A DNA stretch of 59,731 nt, counting the filler, from Sphacelaria rigidula (Eukaryota): assembly GCA_964200075.2 (NCBI GenBank). It is 8 parts of 8 records of this genome, joined end to end, with 100 filler letters (N's around TTAATTAATTAA, not from the genome) between each part and the next. Parts side by side here need not be neighbours in the genome. Positions count along the whole stretch, not along the records: positions 22,440 to 29,818 come from CAXNAA020015186.1; positions 29,919 to 37,297 come from CAXNAA020015187.1; positions 37,398 to 44,776 come from CAXNAA020015188.1; 5 more parts are not named here. One strand, given 5' to 3'. Positions 26,715 through 39,098 of the stretch are shown here, piece by piece (the first letter of the stretch is position 1; every line of letters begins with the position of its first letter). Under the pieces are notes generated by a model, which was given only the letters and a program-made list of their open reading frames with translations, was not told where the DNA came from and did no database searches. Position numbers and translations under genes: made by a program.

Positions 26715-26812
26715 GTATTATGCAAGACAGGCACTAGGATAGAGATAGACCAATCTCTTGAGACGTCGGACTCGTCCCAAGGAAGGGGGGGGGGGGACGC
26801 AAAAGCACGACA
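26715..26812 (+). mobile_element. Diverged 3' fragment of the tRNA-SINE
   Basis: ATGCAAG...AGAGAT...GGACTCGTCCCAAGGAAGGGG...AAAGCACGACA aligns with the SINE 3' part at 15159-15245. Confidence 0.55.
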
Positions 26813-27194
26813 GCCCTCCCCGCATAAATCGGTGGGCGTTACGGCTTCATATACTGCAACTGCGGATGTACACGGGACCAGAGACAGCGAGGGCGAGGGG
26901 AGGAGACCGTAGGCCATCTACATGGAGCGTCCATCTGAGATATACACGCTCATCTGAACCGTCCATCCGAGATCTCCATCTGGGATGTGCACGTTTTTCT
27001 CGAACTTTTCACCTACTGAGATCAGCTTGCCTGTCGACAATGTCTCCTGGATGCGGGTTCCCGTACATGATCTCACACAACCCCAAATGTCAACAGTAGC
27101 CGTACGCTGGCCCGAACCCGCGGACAAGTTCTGCATCGATGACTGTGCATCTGAGGTAGTGTGCGCTGGTAGAGAATGCGCCTGGGCTGGGGTT

Positions 27195-27505
27195 TGCGAG
27201 GTGCTTTGGATCATGCTGTACGTCGACGACGCTGGCACGCGTCGAGATCTCAACTAATTCTGGCAAAGATGGCGACGGCCATAGCCGAAGTCTGTGCGGC
27301 GTTCGATCTCGTCGTGGTTGAAAAGAGGACGGAAACTGTGCACATGCGCTCCCCGAGAGCGAAGGTAGATGTGGTCGAGGTGGAGGCGGTAGGCCAGAGC
27401 TACGAGCACGTCGAGTCTTTCGTCCGTCTCGGCCGCAAAATGAGCGTCATCGACAATATAATCCCTGAGGTGAAATGGCATACTGGTCAGGCCTGGAGGT
27501 GCCCC
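27195..27505 (+). mobile_element. Decayed RTE-type LINE reverse transcriptase fragment (intronic)
   Basis: LWIMLYVDDAG (YADD-like), a frameshift, then LAKMATAIAEVCAAFDLVVVEKRTETVHMRSP...AVGQSY; homologous to 52355-53005. Confidence 0.8.
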
Positions 27506-27834
27506 GAGGGCATTAGAACGGAATAAGAAAACCCGTTGTTGTGGGTTTGACTTTGATGTTAAGTGTGTCCTCCTATACGTGAGAAGCAAGGGACGCTTGA
27601 TTTCTTGCGTGAGTTTGGTTCGATCTCTCTTCCGCGGAAGATAACATAGGATAGGTCAAAGGTGCGTGGAAATCTGGAAGGATTCAGCACCAGCAACAGC
27701 AGTAGCAGCAGCAGCAGCAGCAGCAAAGAAAGCGTGCTTCGTCGCGGCTGCAGAATCCCGCAATAAACCCACCTCCGACCCTAGCCAATGAAACCCTCCC
27801 CTGTGTGTGCCCTGGTTCTCCTTGAACATTGCAG

Positions 27835-27974
27835 GGACTGATCTACACATGACCACCGAGGCCACACTCGTGTGCACCTGCGAGGGCGAATGCGGGGGGA
27901 ATTTCCGGTTCGTTGGCGAGGGCGATGAAGCCACCGAAAAAATGCCCTTCACCGCAGGAGAGGGCTTAATTGCG
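27835..27974 (+). CDS. EGF-like/tenascin-repeat protein, visible exon 5
   Basis: cag|(G)TDLHMTTEATLVCTCEGECGGNFRFVGEGDEATEKMPFTAGEGLIA|gtgagg; phase 1 in, phase 0 out. Confidence 0.85.
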
Positions 27975-29291
27975 GTGAGGCACACAGTGCTACGAGACCA
28001 TTTTTTCCTCTCTTTTGAGCGACATTGTGGAAAAAAATACATACGAAATGACGAACGTAATACCGCTGGCGTTCAAGAAGTATTGAAATTTACAGGCGCT
28101 TGACCTGAGAAGTACCGTGTAACCTTGCCTGATGCGGGTTTTACACGGAGGATAGACCGTGCGCTCCCACCGTCCATGCGGTGGGTTCCAGACCCCTCTG
28201 TCGACGAGTTGGCGGTTCCATTCCGGGACTGATACATCTTTTTTCTCGGATGTCGCAGAAAGTTAGTTCGTACGTGATATATCTGACTTCGGAAAAGGAT
28301 AAGCATATTGTCCAATAATACGTTGGCTTGATGTCGCGCATTACGTGATTCCTGAGGGATTCAGCCGTAGTCACAACATATGCGTACCCAAGGCAAACAT
28401 AATGGAAAACACTTGCTATCGAAGGAATCTCGAGAAAAGAGAATTACCAAGAGAGGAAGATAGAAAACAAAAAACGAGAAAAATGAGAAAAATGAGAGAC
28501 AAAAAAGAGCATGACGCCATGATTTCTGATGTCGAAGAACGAATGGGAATACTGCACCCACCACATGATAACACGCGCCGGGCCGTACGACAGACATCAA
28601 GAGGCTGTCAACGTTCAGACCTCGAGTCCCCCAACGAGAGGCTAATAAATCGAAGGAAACAAAGGATCCGGTTCAAATGACACATTAGATGTCGATTGTC
28701 CATATTAGGCGTTCGCCTTCCTCTGTGCTGTGTACATTGGATGCTATTGTCGTCTCAGTGCAATTGAATGATTCTCATTCCCACATCTGGTTGGATTAAA
28801 GACAATCAACATAGCTGATCCCACCTACCAAATTTAATCTCCGTTCCCACAGGGTACTTACCACCTGTAGATAGTGAGGGAGATTTCTTAGTGGTTGAGG
28901 TGCCGGACCAATCGAAAGGACGACGAAAAGCGCTAAACATATGTTGAACTATTAATAGTGTTCTGTACAGGATACCATCCTCATGTGTTCATATTGACAT
29001 TTTGTACGTGACCATTTTGTTTAGTTAGATCGACTTGGTAACGACCACAGTTCGTGTTTGCGCTCCAACTCCCACCGCACTCATGCGACAAGGAGTGCGA
29101 CTATAAATTTCACCCGATCATACTCTTCCTACGCGTTTCCTTCACCACTTCTCTGCCCCCCCTTCTGGTCAATGTTCAAACGACTAAGGCAAGCAACAAA
29201 TGAGTACGTCCACACCCCCCCCCTTCCCGGCGTGGCTCGTTCCGCGTGTCTCTTCACGGCCGTTGTTCATGGTATAAATATTCGTTCAAAG

Positions 29292-29432
29292 GGTGAGCTG
29301 TCGTCGTTGTCGGAGCTGGCCGACGCCAATATCACTGTCGATATGGGGGGGGGGAGTGAAGCTTGCAGCGACTACAGCACGGTCAACACAACAATTTACA
29401 TCGACTTGACCTACGGAAACTACCCTTTGCAG
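29292..29432 (+). CDS. EGF-like/tenascin-repeat protein, visible exon 6
   Basis: aag|GELSSLSELADANITVDMGGGSEACSDYSTVNTTIYIDLTYGNYPLQ|gtgggt; parallels exon 4 (V.xxGG..VC.....TI.x....GxxP). Confidence 0.8.
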
Positions 29433-29818
29433 GTGGGTCGTTGGTTTCGCTGTGCGGATCCATGGCAATGAAGGGGCTGTACACGCATATAGAGTGGCAT
29501 TTGCACACAGAATGTTCTTGATACCAGAAAAGAGGACGGCGAACGTTTCACGGACTGCTCTGACATAAACATAGAAAGGCAGTGATGGCGAGTGTTAGGA
29601 AATACTCGAAGCAGCGCCCGAAAGAGAGTAGTGATGAATGGATCTATAGAGGTGACACAGACTGATGCGGAGAATATGATTCACGTTTTCATTGTTCTGA
29701 TTGGTCCATCCCCCCCCCCCCTTCACCGTCCCGGCTTTGTAGGGGCGAACCCCCGATGGGGTTGGCGTCGGTTGGCGATGACGCTGTAAAACACGCCACT
29801 CACTACGTAAGCTAGGCA

Positions 29819-29918
29819 NNNNNNNNNNNNNNNNNNNNNNNNNNNNNNNNNNNNNNNNNNNNTTAATTAATTAANNNNNNNNNNNNNNNNNNNNNNNNNN
29901 NNNNNNNNNNNNNNNNNN
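29819..29918. other. Artificial contig-joining spacer
   Basis: 44 N + TTAATTAATTAA + 44 N. Confidence 0.98.
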
Positions 29919-29998
29919 TGTGGAAGGATGTCTGACACACTAATGAGCCTCTTTTTTTCGTGCAACCAAATACCCCCCCCCTATCGTAGGATGACTCT
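29919..29998. mobile_element. End of a GAG-terminus (Sola-like) TIR element
   Basis: Near reverse complement of 44701-44776. Confidence 0.75.
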
Positions 29999-30167
29999 CA
30001 AGAGGCATTTTTTACTCGAACCCACGTCTATTAATACCCGCATCTTCGTGGTACGCATACTATCGGTACTACCGGCACCGGCTACCTAACGTGGGGAACG
30101 ATCAGTTGTCGGCATCGGCAACGCCAATGACGGTATTCAGGAAGATATAGTGTACGCGCCTCCGTAC

Positions 30168-30349
30168 ATTATAGCCGAAGCCGTAGAGCTTCCCCGTGGC
30201 CCGGTCAAGTTTGGGGTGCGCCGTGAAATTTTCCGTAATGCCGCCGTTGAACTCCGAGTACGAGACCTTGCCGATGGTTTCCATCACCCCGTCGCATAGC
30301 ACGCGAAGGGCGTAGGGCATCCCTCCTTCCCCGAGAGCCAGCATGCGGC
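30168..30349 (-). CDS. Carotenoid cleavage oxygenase (CCD/NCED/RPE65 family), third visible exon
   Basis: cag|(G)RMLALGEGGMPYALRVLCDGVMETIGKVSYSEFNGGITENFTAHPKLDRATGKLYGFGYN|gtacgg; FTAHPK iron-ligand His motif. Confidence 0.93.
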
Positions 30350-33300
30350 CTGGTCATCGCACAGAGGTCGGTGGCCGTGGATCATCGCACCGGCAACAGG
30401 CATGTTTCCGGAATTGTATCACCGGATTAAATGCACGACAAGTTTAGCGCTTCCGGGGGTTGCCAACCCTGGAGGTCAGGCGGCGAAATTGTTTCGAAAG
30501 AGGTACGGCGGCCAAGAAAGACCACGTCGGAAAAGACAAGCGCCGTCAGGCTACTGCGACTGCACGATTGTGCACATCTGCTTCCACAACTCGAGAGTCA
30601 TCATGGCCCAGGTCGGTGTTGCGTGCATCATCGCGGGAAAGACGAGACACCATAGAACAGGGGTTGGGGGCAAGCCACCCCAGATAGTGTAATCTATGTC
30701 TGAATGGACCAGAGGGTCAGTGAAAACCGCACGAATACAACGCCGCCCACAACGACAACGTGTGACTTGCTCTTCGCTGTATTTGCCTGGGGCAGGTTTT
30801 GAAGCACCTTCCGAATATGAGCTTCGCCTTACGTTGAAACCCACACCAGGAGGTGGTGGAGAATACATCAGTTTCGGCACCAAAGAACAAGCTTTGACTC
30901 TAGCCTAGGTAGGGTAGTGGTGGTGGTGGTTGAGGGGGGGGGAGGCACCTTAAATCAAGGTAACGAAGATGCCAGACGTGGCTAGAGCTGCGGAAGTAAA
31001 GTTGGTCCACATTTCAAGAGTATTCTACCGAATAATGGGCAAAGACATGCAATGTCATTGAGAGATTAGCCCGAGTTGATCTCGGCTCAGAAATATCGAA
31101 ACGATATGCTGAGGTAGACAGTGAGGCGGCTGAGTTTTGGAGTGTCCCGGACACGACGCTGCACCTTATGGAAAGGGAAAAGGAAAATATCATGTTCTGC
31201 TGACGTGTTGTCCATGTACTTTGGATCGCTCCCGCAGCTAATCGAGCTACCTGCAAAGGACTTCATACTGTTGCTACGGTGGTTTTCGTCCATGTACATG
31301 TGCGGATGAATTTCCATGAGGCCAGACAAAGAGGGAGGGGTCGACGGCGGGGCGTGGTGCTGGAATTAAAGATGTGCCACCTACTGTCCGCACAACAAAA
31401 TTAGGCGCGAAGGGAAGACCGGGATAAGTTGGGCGTATGTAAAAATCCTCTATTGAAAAAGGCCTGTTATAATTTGCTGCTTCCCCGCTCGGCCGAAGGG
31501 CGAACTGCTTTCGGTAGAAGTCGTCAAGGTCTACCGGAATCCTCTTCCCCGGCACAGGTACGGTACTCACTCCAGTTACGGTGGCGCATCTAGCGAAGTC
31601 TTCATGCGAAAAACGATTATGCCTCCTCCTCAGAACGAGTTGTCGGAATGAAACGTCGTCTTGTGGGAGGCTTTGAACTACAAGAGGTGAATCTTTGTGG
31701 TGTAGTGGAGGCCTCCACGAGGTAATCAACGACCAACCCCGACGTGTCGGTGTCCGGAATAATCTTCCGAGTGCGTCCGGTCTCGGCGCCGACCACGTTG
31801 GATGCACAGCGAACATGAGCACTTTACACGTGTTGTTGCGGTATGCTCTCAGGTGTCGATCAATTTCAGAAATCGGCATGATTGACAGCAAATCTATATC
31901 AACGAAGGCGTGAAATATTCCAGCATCTACGGTACCTTTGCCTGCCGTCACAGTGGGCTGCGCAGACTCGCGGTCACATCGTCAGCGCTGTGACTGACAA
32001 CCGCCTGTTTGAAGCATATACTAGCACACAAAAACTAACCGATTGCGATGAAAACAGACGTAAATGACCCACTGATACGCCCCGAAGTCCAATGCCTGCC
32101 GCGAAGAACTCGTTTTCGACTATAATATGCGCTCTGTCTCCAAGGAAAGGTGCCCGACAACATCATGATGCGTCGGACACGAAGGAACCTCTCACTCTCC
32201 CGATGTGTCTGTTGGTGAAGGAGCTGTGAAAGGAGAACACATAATTGTCACACATATTCCCCACGATAACATCAGCAAGTTGTGCATCCAGCATGGTTGA
32301 CGTCGGGACCGGGTACTTTAAAGTATTTCTCGAGACAAGACCTCAAGCTTGGTCGTTGCTGGCATTTGTTTGTGACGGCAAATGATCCAATAAGGAATCG
32401 ATCCGGCGGGTGTAAGGGTAGCTTCCGCTGGAGATTTGGGTACCCGTGCACGCTGACTACACAAGGTATGGCAGCCGTACGCCACCAAGCTCGAAAAGGT
32501 ACTCGGGAAAAATAACGCCAAATCGGATGTACTTGCGCATACCTGGCCCTACCATGGAGTACGGTAAAAAAATGTAGAGAAGCATTTTTCTGGACATGGG
32601 GCGTGTAAGGCGAACCCCCCCCCCCCCCCTCGCTCCGCTTTTTGCAAGGCACGGGTGCACCACATATCCTCGATCGAGGAGCCTGAGGAGCTCCGAGCAA
32701 CAGCACTATTTATGGCGTGTTTTACCGCTCGCGGGATTTTGAACAGGAGCATGTTTTGGATACCAAAAACCTGACAGTATATATCTTCCACCCTGAAGCC
32801 CTTGACAATATTTCATGGTGAAAAGGGATACTTGTACAGGCTGTTCCACGCTCATCACCCGAAATTCACTCATCCGCACATGTTCACGCCGATTCTGAAA
32901 AATTGCACATATATACCCTAGGGACATTTCCAAACTTCTAATGAATGGTGTTTCCGATGTTCATTCACCAGTTATCGGGGGTCCAAGGGTCACGGGAAAC
33001 AACATGCCATTCTGGTACCCCTTGAAATCGCCCAGAGAAAATGAAATAAAAACACCGTTCATTGAAAGCTTTTAGATACCCTAGAGTGTATGCGGGCGAA
33101 AATCAGAGTTCATCTCCAACAACCCGCGGGAACACTTGGATCTTGTGCGACAAGGTGGACATGAAAGCTTTAAACTCCTAACTATTTCGTGTTAGTGTTG
33201 AAAACAATTTTTCGAGTTACGCCACGAGAAATTCTACAATTTTTCCTTGGACTATCCCGAAAGGAAAGTCTTAGTTACCTTTTATTTTGAGCTTCTGTAT

Positions 33301-34155
33301 CGGACTCCTGGAGTTTTCACGCGGGGACCCCGGGAAGCCGGTGAAAAGGGGAGAAGCTTTGAAACATATTTCTACAACAACGCTACACGTTTGGAGCATC
33401 GATAACCATCGAACTGCCAGATTTGAGGGCAGTCGGAGTTTTTTTACGGCAGATATAGGGGAAACTGTCAGAAGGCTTTCTGGATGTCGGAAATTCGACC
33501 ACGACAAAACCCCACATCGTCGAAATACCACGGTTTGGGGCGTAATTTTGCTCCCATGGAAATCGTTGTCAAACATGTTTTGTTCGTTAGGTCCCCGAGA
33601 TAATGGCTGTTACTACACTCTGAAGAATGTGGAGATTTGTTACATTTTGTGTTGGGAAATTGCACTTTACAGAACAATTTCAAGGTCGCTGATTGGTTCC
33701 GGTACCACTATGGCCTTAGAACAATATCCGGCTACGTCACCCTCTTCAATAGTCCATGGTGGTCAGTACAATGCCATGTATGCGGCTACTGGGTAGGTAT
33801 CGCGGAAGGCAAGTGGATTTCGGGGCGAAAGCGTGATCCCGCCTGTATCGTTCGCCGAGAACAGAAATTGACGGTTACGAGACTCTCCAATGCAAATACA
33901 TTCATGCATGCCCTAGAGCCGTGCGCAGGACTCACGACACAGTTATGTGCTGTGCAAATACTAGCAGACTATGGCAACATAGTTGCTCAGTCGGACTTTT
34001 TCGGTTTGGCTCATGTTTGTACTCGTTGTATCGTCAACTTAAAAAATTCCACCCTCAACATGGTGTGAAGAGTGTATTCGAGAGCGCCTCTCATGACATG
34101 ACCTGCCAACGCCATCCCGTCACCCTGCCGCGCATTGGATATTTTCTGTTCGCAC

Positions 34156-34289
34156 CTGCGTGATAGAGAAGGGACGTGTTTGCGGTGGACTCTCCTTCGG
34201 CCCTCATGTCTGGAAGGAGGCCTAGCTTGGTCTTCAGTATCCAGGTCAGAACTTTTGGAAGCGCAAACAATCCACTCATGTCTCCTATC
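34156..34289 (-). CDS. Carotenoid cleavage oxygenase, second visible exon
   Basis: cag|(K)IGDMSGLFALPKVLTWILKTKLGLLPDMRAEGESTANTSLLYHA G|gtgcg; ANT..YHAG-RMLAL motif forms on splicing. Confidence 0.92.
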
Positions 34290-35057
34290 CTGGCGACATC
34301 AAACCGCGTGACAGCGAGAGATACAGTTTAAGGCGAATACGAGTCGTGTTTCATCGCCCGTCGGGCACCTACCCGACGTACGTGGCGAAACGCGGAGAGC
34401 CATCACGCCTAGGACATACCTCTCCGAGTTCGAACAGGCCTCTCGTTTGCAATGCGCCAGCCAGTTCTATGAAAGACGTCAGAAGCACGATACGCAGACG
34501 AGTATTGCTATGCTTCCATGTGCTTCGGACCGACAACACACCGTCGGAGAACTACTGAAGTAGTGCTCTGTGATAGTACGGCACGGCTGGTGGTCGCATG
34601 GATGTCCATTGAAACAATCAAAATCCAAAGGTCGCACGTATATCACGTACATGTCCATGCTCCACAACAGATCACCAGGTATCCTTAATATTGGATACAT
34701 CTACCGTAGCATATATATATATATATATATATATCACGCGTTCTACAAGAGCAACGGCAAGCGAGCAAGCGAACGAGCCGCATGGCAGGTTTGCAGCAAA
34801 AACATGTGAGAAGCCCTCGACTGCAAAACAATCTGCCGACACAAATAACTCCATCTAGCTTCGTGCGACAATGTCCTTGCTAGTAGTACCTCGTGCATCG
34901 GCTATTTCAGCCGCGTCGTTTTTCGAGCTTGCGGGAACCATCCACAACGGTGCGCCGTCGGGAGAAGGGGGCCACGCTTCAACACACACATACACACACA
35001 CACACACACTCACACACGAACGCACGCGCACCCACCCAACACCCAAGGCAACCTCAC

Positions 35058-35167
35058 TTGAAAAAAAGAGATTTCCCGGCTGCTTCTTCCAGCTGCAGCC
35101 TTTTGGTCCGCACGTACTTGTTGGAGTAGGTAGCCTTACCGCCTCTCTTCAGACGCACCGCATGCAC
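35058..35167 (-). CDS. Carotenoid cleavage oxygenase, first visible exon
   Basis: aag|VHAVRLKRGGKATYSNKYVRTKRLQLEEAAGKSLFF AA|gtgag; this is the segment that follows DGDGM in CCDs. Confidence 0.92.
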
Positions 35168-36280
35168 CTTCCGAACCACACGGCGTGCAGCAGTACCCGT
35201 AGCATCAGACGAGGCGAGCACAAAACGTGTTGCGTGAACAAGTAGAATCACACAAAATAGTAGCAATGATTCTGTGTAATACACCAAGTGAGCAAGGATA
35301 ACCCATAGGCGGGAGTCGAGAGCTCAGGTCCCTACACCTCGCATGGGGCGGTTGAACAGAGAGGAGCGAACCGATCTGCTCCTCCTCGACGTTTTCAGCA
35401 CTTGTGTGCCTTCGCGTGCGTCATGTTTGTCCACGATCAATGAGTAAGTACCCCCGACGAGACGACACTGAAGTGAAGGCAGTCAGGGCGTTTTCAAGCC
35501 TTACAATCGCCCGCTTGAGATCATCAGCATGCGCAAGACACAGCGAAACCCTCCAGATATTATTCATAGCAAACTAGCAAGTCCGGGGCCAACGTCCCTG
35601 GAAGCCTCTGCAAAAGACTCAGCGTAGGCACGTTACCCTCATCTCGAGATACAGTGCACCAAGAAGAACATACAAATGGCCATCCACATCTACGCTGATC
35701 AGCTGCACACGAAATGCCCCGTGATCGTTGGGGATGATTCTGGATGTTTTGTACACAAAGCGCATGGGAGTGCTTGGTGCACATGGCAAGCAACTGTTTC
35801 CGTCCATCTCCACCCCCATCGAGTTGTCCTCCGGAGTTGGCTCGACTAAGATCTGCTCGACGAACGCGGAGAAGATGCAGACTCCGAAAGAGGAAGGCGG
35901 CCAAAAACGTCGAAATACGTGAAAACAAAGAAGAAAAAAAGCACTCAAACGACCGCGTCGGCTTCCATGAAAGCCACCGAATGCATCTAATCGGTGGCGT
36001 CACCTTACACAAAACCGGCGCAAAGTCGAACGTATGCACAGCCGATAGAGGTGCTCCGCCAACATCCCATCGCCCCCCCCCAAATGCGGGGCGCACGTGT
36101 GCAGTCTGTACATCATACCAAGCGTAAGTAGGAGCAACGACTATCAATGAAGCGGAAGAAAGTATGGGCATTGAGACATTGTCTTTCTCCCTTCAGACCA
36201 CCTCTTCTCCCCCAAAAAGGCAGGGGGAGGGGGGGGTTCTAATAGGAAGTATGGAATAAACCAAAGCAAGCAAGCTAGCT

Positions 36281-36585
36281 GCGCCCCGGTGGTGTGATGG
36301 TCCGACTGTTGCCATTAGGGTGGAGAGAACGGGGGTTCGATTCCCGATGCGTTGGGTTTTTTCTTCGTGAAGTATGATTTCCACCGTGGAAAGCGAGAGG
36401 ACCTGTGTAAACAAAGTAGTTGACTGGCTTTGTGTGACCTCAGTTGACGCGGTGCGGGAGTGCTGACTCAATCCGCGAGACCAAGCTGTAAGGCGCGTAC
36501 CGGGGTAGAAATGGGTTGATCCCTTGAAACCACGGCCTCATCCCGAGGAAGGGGAGGGGTTCAAAGTGTGAGGGAAAAACAAAAA
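36281..36585 (+). mobile_element. Full-length tRNA-derived SINE (~300 bp)
   Basis: Pol III A box TGGTGTGATGG and B box GGTTCGATTCC, a body shared with two other copies, and an A-rich tail. Confidence 0.88.
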
Positions 36586-37297
36586 CTGCGTTCAGTGCTG
36601 GTAGCGTTACATTTTCTCGACGCAGCCCCACACTATGTCCCTGACGTGAACGACGAGCTCTGTGCACTTTACGGTTCCTCTGCCGCTCCTAACCTCAGAA
36701 AAAGCGGAGAGTCATAGTCACAATTGAGTCCATTGCGTGCTGGACGATGGCCCCATGTATTCCCCTAGTTCTCATCACACCATAGGAAGGGTATGCTGAC
36801 ATGCTCAGGAACACAATTCGTTGCGAAGTAAGAAAGTCGAGGACGTTAGCATACGGGCATACACCGGTGGTAAAGTACGCGATTGTACAGTACGGTCGAG
36901 TCAGTCAGTACAGCAGTACGACAAGAAATGCCGTCGACGGCGGGTGTCAATCATACTAGCCTATCGCTCCCGGATTTCAAATGGTACCTTCGGTGCGATG
37001 TCGAGGGTGCCCATGCTTCCTCCACAAAAAATGATGCCAAGATCTTCCTGTTCATGTGTCGCGGGATGCTTCGATACTCGCTATTTTCCAAGACACAACC
37101 CAATCGCGTCACGGATATCAATCTAATGTGATAAGAATGCTGACTTTTCCCCTTGGACCGTTTTCGACGTGGAGAGACGTGTCGGCCGGAGGTCGACTGG
37201 GAATAGCCCCCTTGACCCTTTTGGGACTGGAGCTCACAAACACCACGTTCACGACGTGTTAGTAAAATAATCATAAACAAGTCTGGGAGCGACCTGT

Positions 37298-37397
37298 NNN
37301 NNNNNNNNNNNNNNNNNNNNNNNNNNNNNNNNNNNNNNNNNTTAATTAATTAANNNNNNNNNNNNNNNNNNNNNNNNNNNNNNNNNNNNNNNNNNNN
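37298..37397. other. Artificial contig-joining spacer
   Basis: 44 N + TTAATTAATTAA + 44 N. Confidence 0.98.
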
Positions 37398-38626
37398 CAA
37401 CAAATCGGGTATACGTTTAATAATAGAACTTGATCTCATTACTTGTCATTCACTCATATGTCATGGTCCAATCATAAAATCCATTTCCCTCGCATCCAGG
37501 CCTGCTTACATGTATCTTTCATTGAGTGTGAGTATATTCGATTAGCGTGTACACCGCATTCGTTAGGTGCACCTGGCCACAGCTGCTTAACTCCTGCGGA
37601 CAGTTGGGGGGGAACATGGCTTCGCTCGGTCGTGCGTGTTTCGTGTCTCCCCTGCAAGAGAGAAATGCCACTCCAACCCAATTTATTGGATGGACCCCAT
37701 TTTCTATGATCCACTGTTATTTCCATCTTTTACGACAAAGGCGAGGTTATGTCGGGCATCGTTTCTTCAAATATCATCATGTAGGAGCCCGTCTGGAGTT
37801 CTGCGTTGGCTTAAATAGTTCTACATAAACAGTATCTCGCAGGTCGTTGTATCTCATCTGTCCTCCACGGAAACTATTCCTTCCGAGATGAGAAGACGTT
37901 CGAAGCGGTTCCTCGGTCCCAAAAAACAGCCAGCTTCTTCTGTTTAAATATTGATTCGCACAGCGCTCCTTACCCTCTTGCCGAAATCGCGCTTTTGACA
38001 GTCTCGTCCGACTGTTGAAGCATGAAGAGCACACCACTGTACCACAAAACGTACTCTCATGTGTTCTGGAGCACACCAGTGATCAGCCACTTGCAGACGT
38101 ACCTACTGTCGCCATCAAGTTTCCTCCTGATGAATGCCACATACCTGTTTTGGACCCGCCCACGAGAACAAACCCGTGCCACGCGGGGTTATGGGATTTA
38201 TAATCTCCTTGCGCGGTGGACACTCGACAGAGCGGGGAAGTATATGGCTAATGCCGAGATAGGGCCCCCACAAAAGGTACACCGGAAACCGTCTGTCAAA
38301 CCGGCTGCGATCGTACTATTGGGCTCCTTTGCAGCAATTCTGCCCACATGAGAGGCGTGTAGCAGTGTGAAAACAGCTATGACGTCCAAATGAATCGCGT
38401 CGTGCAGCACGAAACCAGCTCTAACGGCATTTATGATCATCGCCTCCGTGCCCCTTTTTTGTCGGGTCGTGGGGGGGGGGGGGGGGCTCCCCCGGCCGGA
38501 GTAAAATTAACCTTTAGGATTTTTCTTTCTTCCCTTTTTCCNNNNNNNNNNCACAACCAAGTCCCGGGCCGCACCACAAACCCGCCCCTTCCTTTGTGTT
38601 TTGTCTCTCCCCCCCTGGGGTGTTGT

Positions 38627-38658
<32 letters not shown>

Positions 38659-39098
38659 CTACCTCGGCAGCAGTCAAATTAACCTTTCGGATTATTCATT
38701 CTTCCACTTTTCACTCACCAATCGACTACAGACCATAAACCGCACGTTCCTGCCGAGCTGCTGAATGCAAGACACCAAGACAAGGCAAGCCAAGTGAGAC
38801 GATGAGCGCATGCCAACGGAGTGGTGAATATGACGTACACCCGTCAACAGCCGAGTCTAAATTTGGGGTTGAAAATTCAAGTGAGGTTTAGCCCCAATTC
38901 GAAACATCGAGATTTTACACCCATCAGGATCACCACGGGAAAGCATTTTCGCAAGCAGAGTTCTTGTTGCAGTCACGCCTGTGTGGTTAGGTGCACCAAA
39001 TAAATGCCGTGCATACGCGTGTCGATAACGATATGATCACCAGAAGAGCAACGGCGAACAGGAAGCTCCTCGCCGGTGTCCTTTGTGTGTTCTCGTTC

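Noticed and set aside
26715..26812. SINE body derived from the LINE 5' UTR
   Set aside because: The fragment includes the SINE's own 3' terminal motif, so it is simply a truncated SINE lying upstream of LINE debris.
29743..29806. Further exon of the EGF protein (tag|...|gtaag)
   Set aside because: Read in the required phase 0 it stops after 12 codons, and the open frame is out of phase; it cannot be supported without transcripts.
36281..36350. Functional tRNA gene (also 47450-47516, 21637-21710, 18625-18695)
   Set aside because: A/B boxes are present but there is no complete cloverleaf; two are heads of a dispersed SINE and the others are degenerate.
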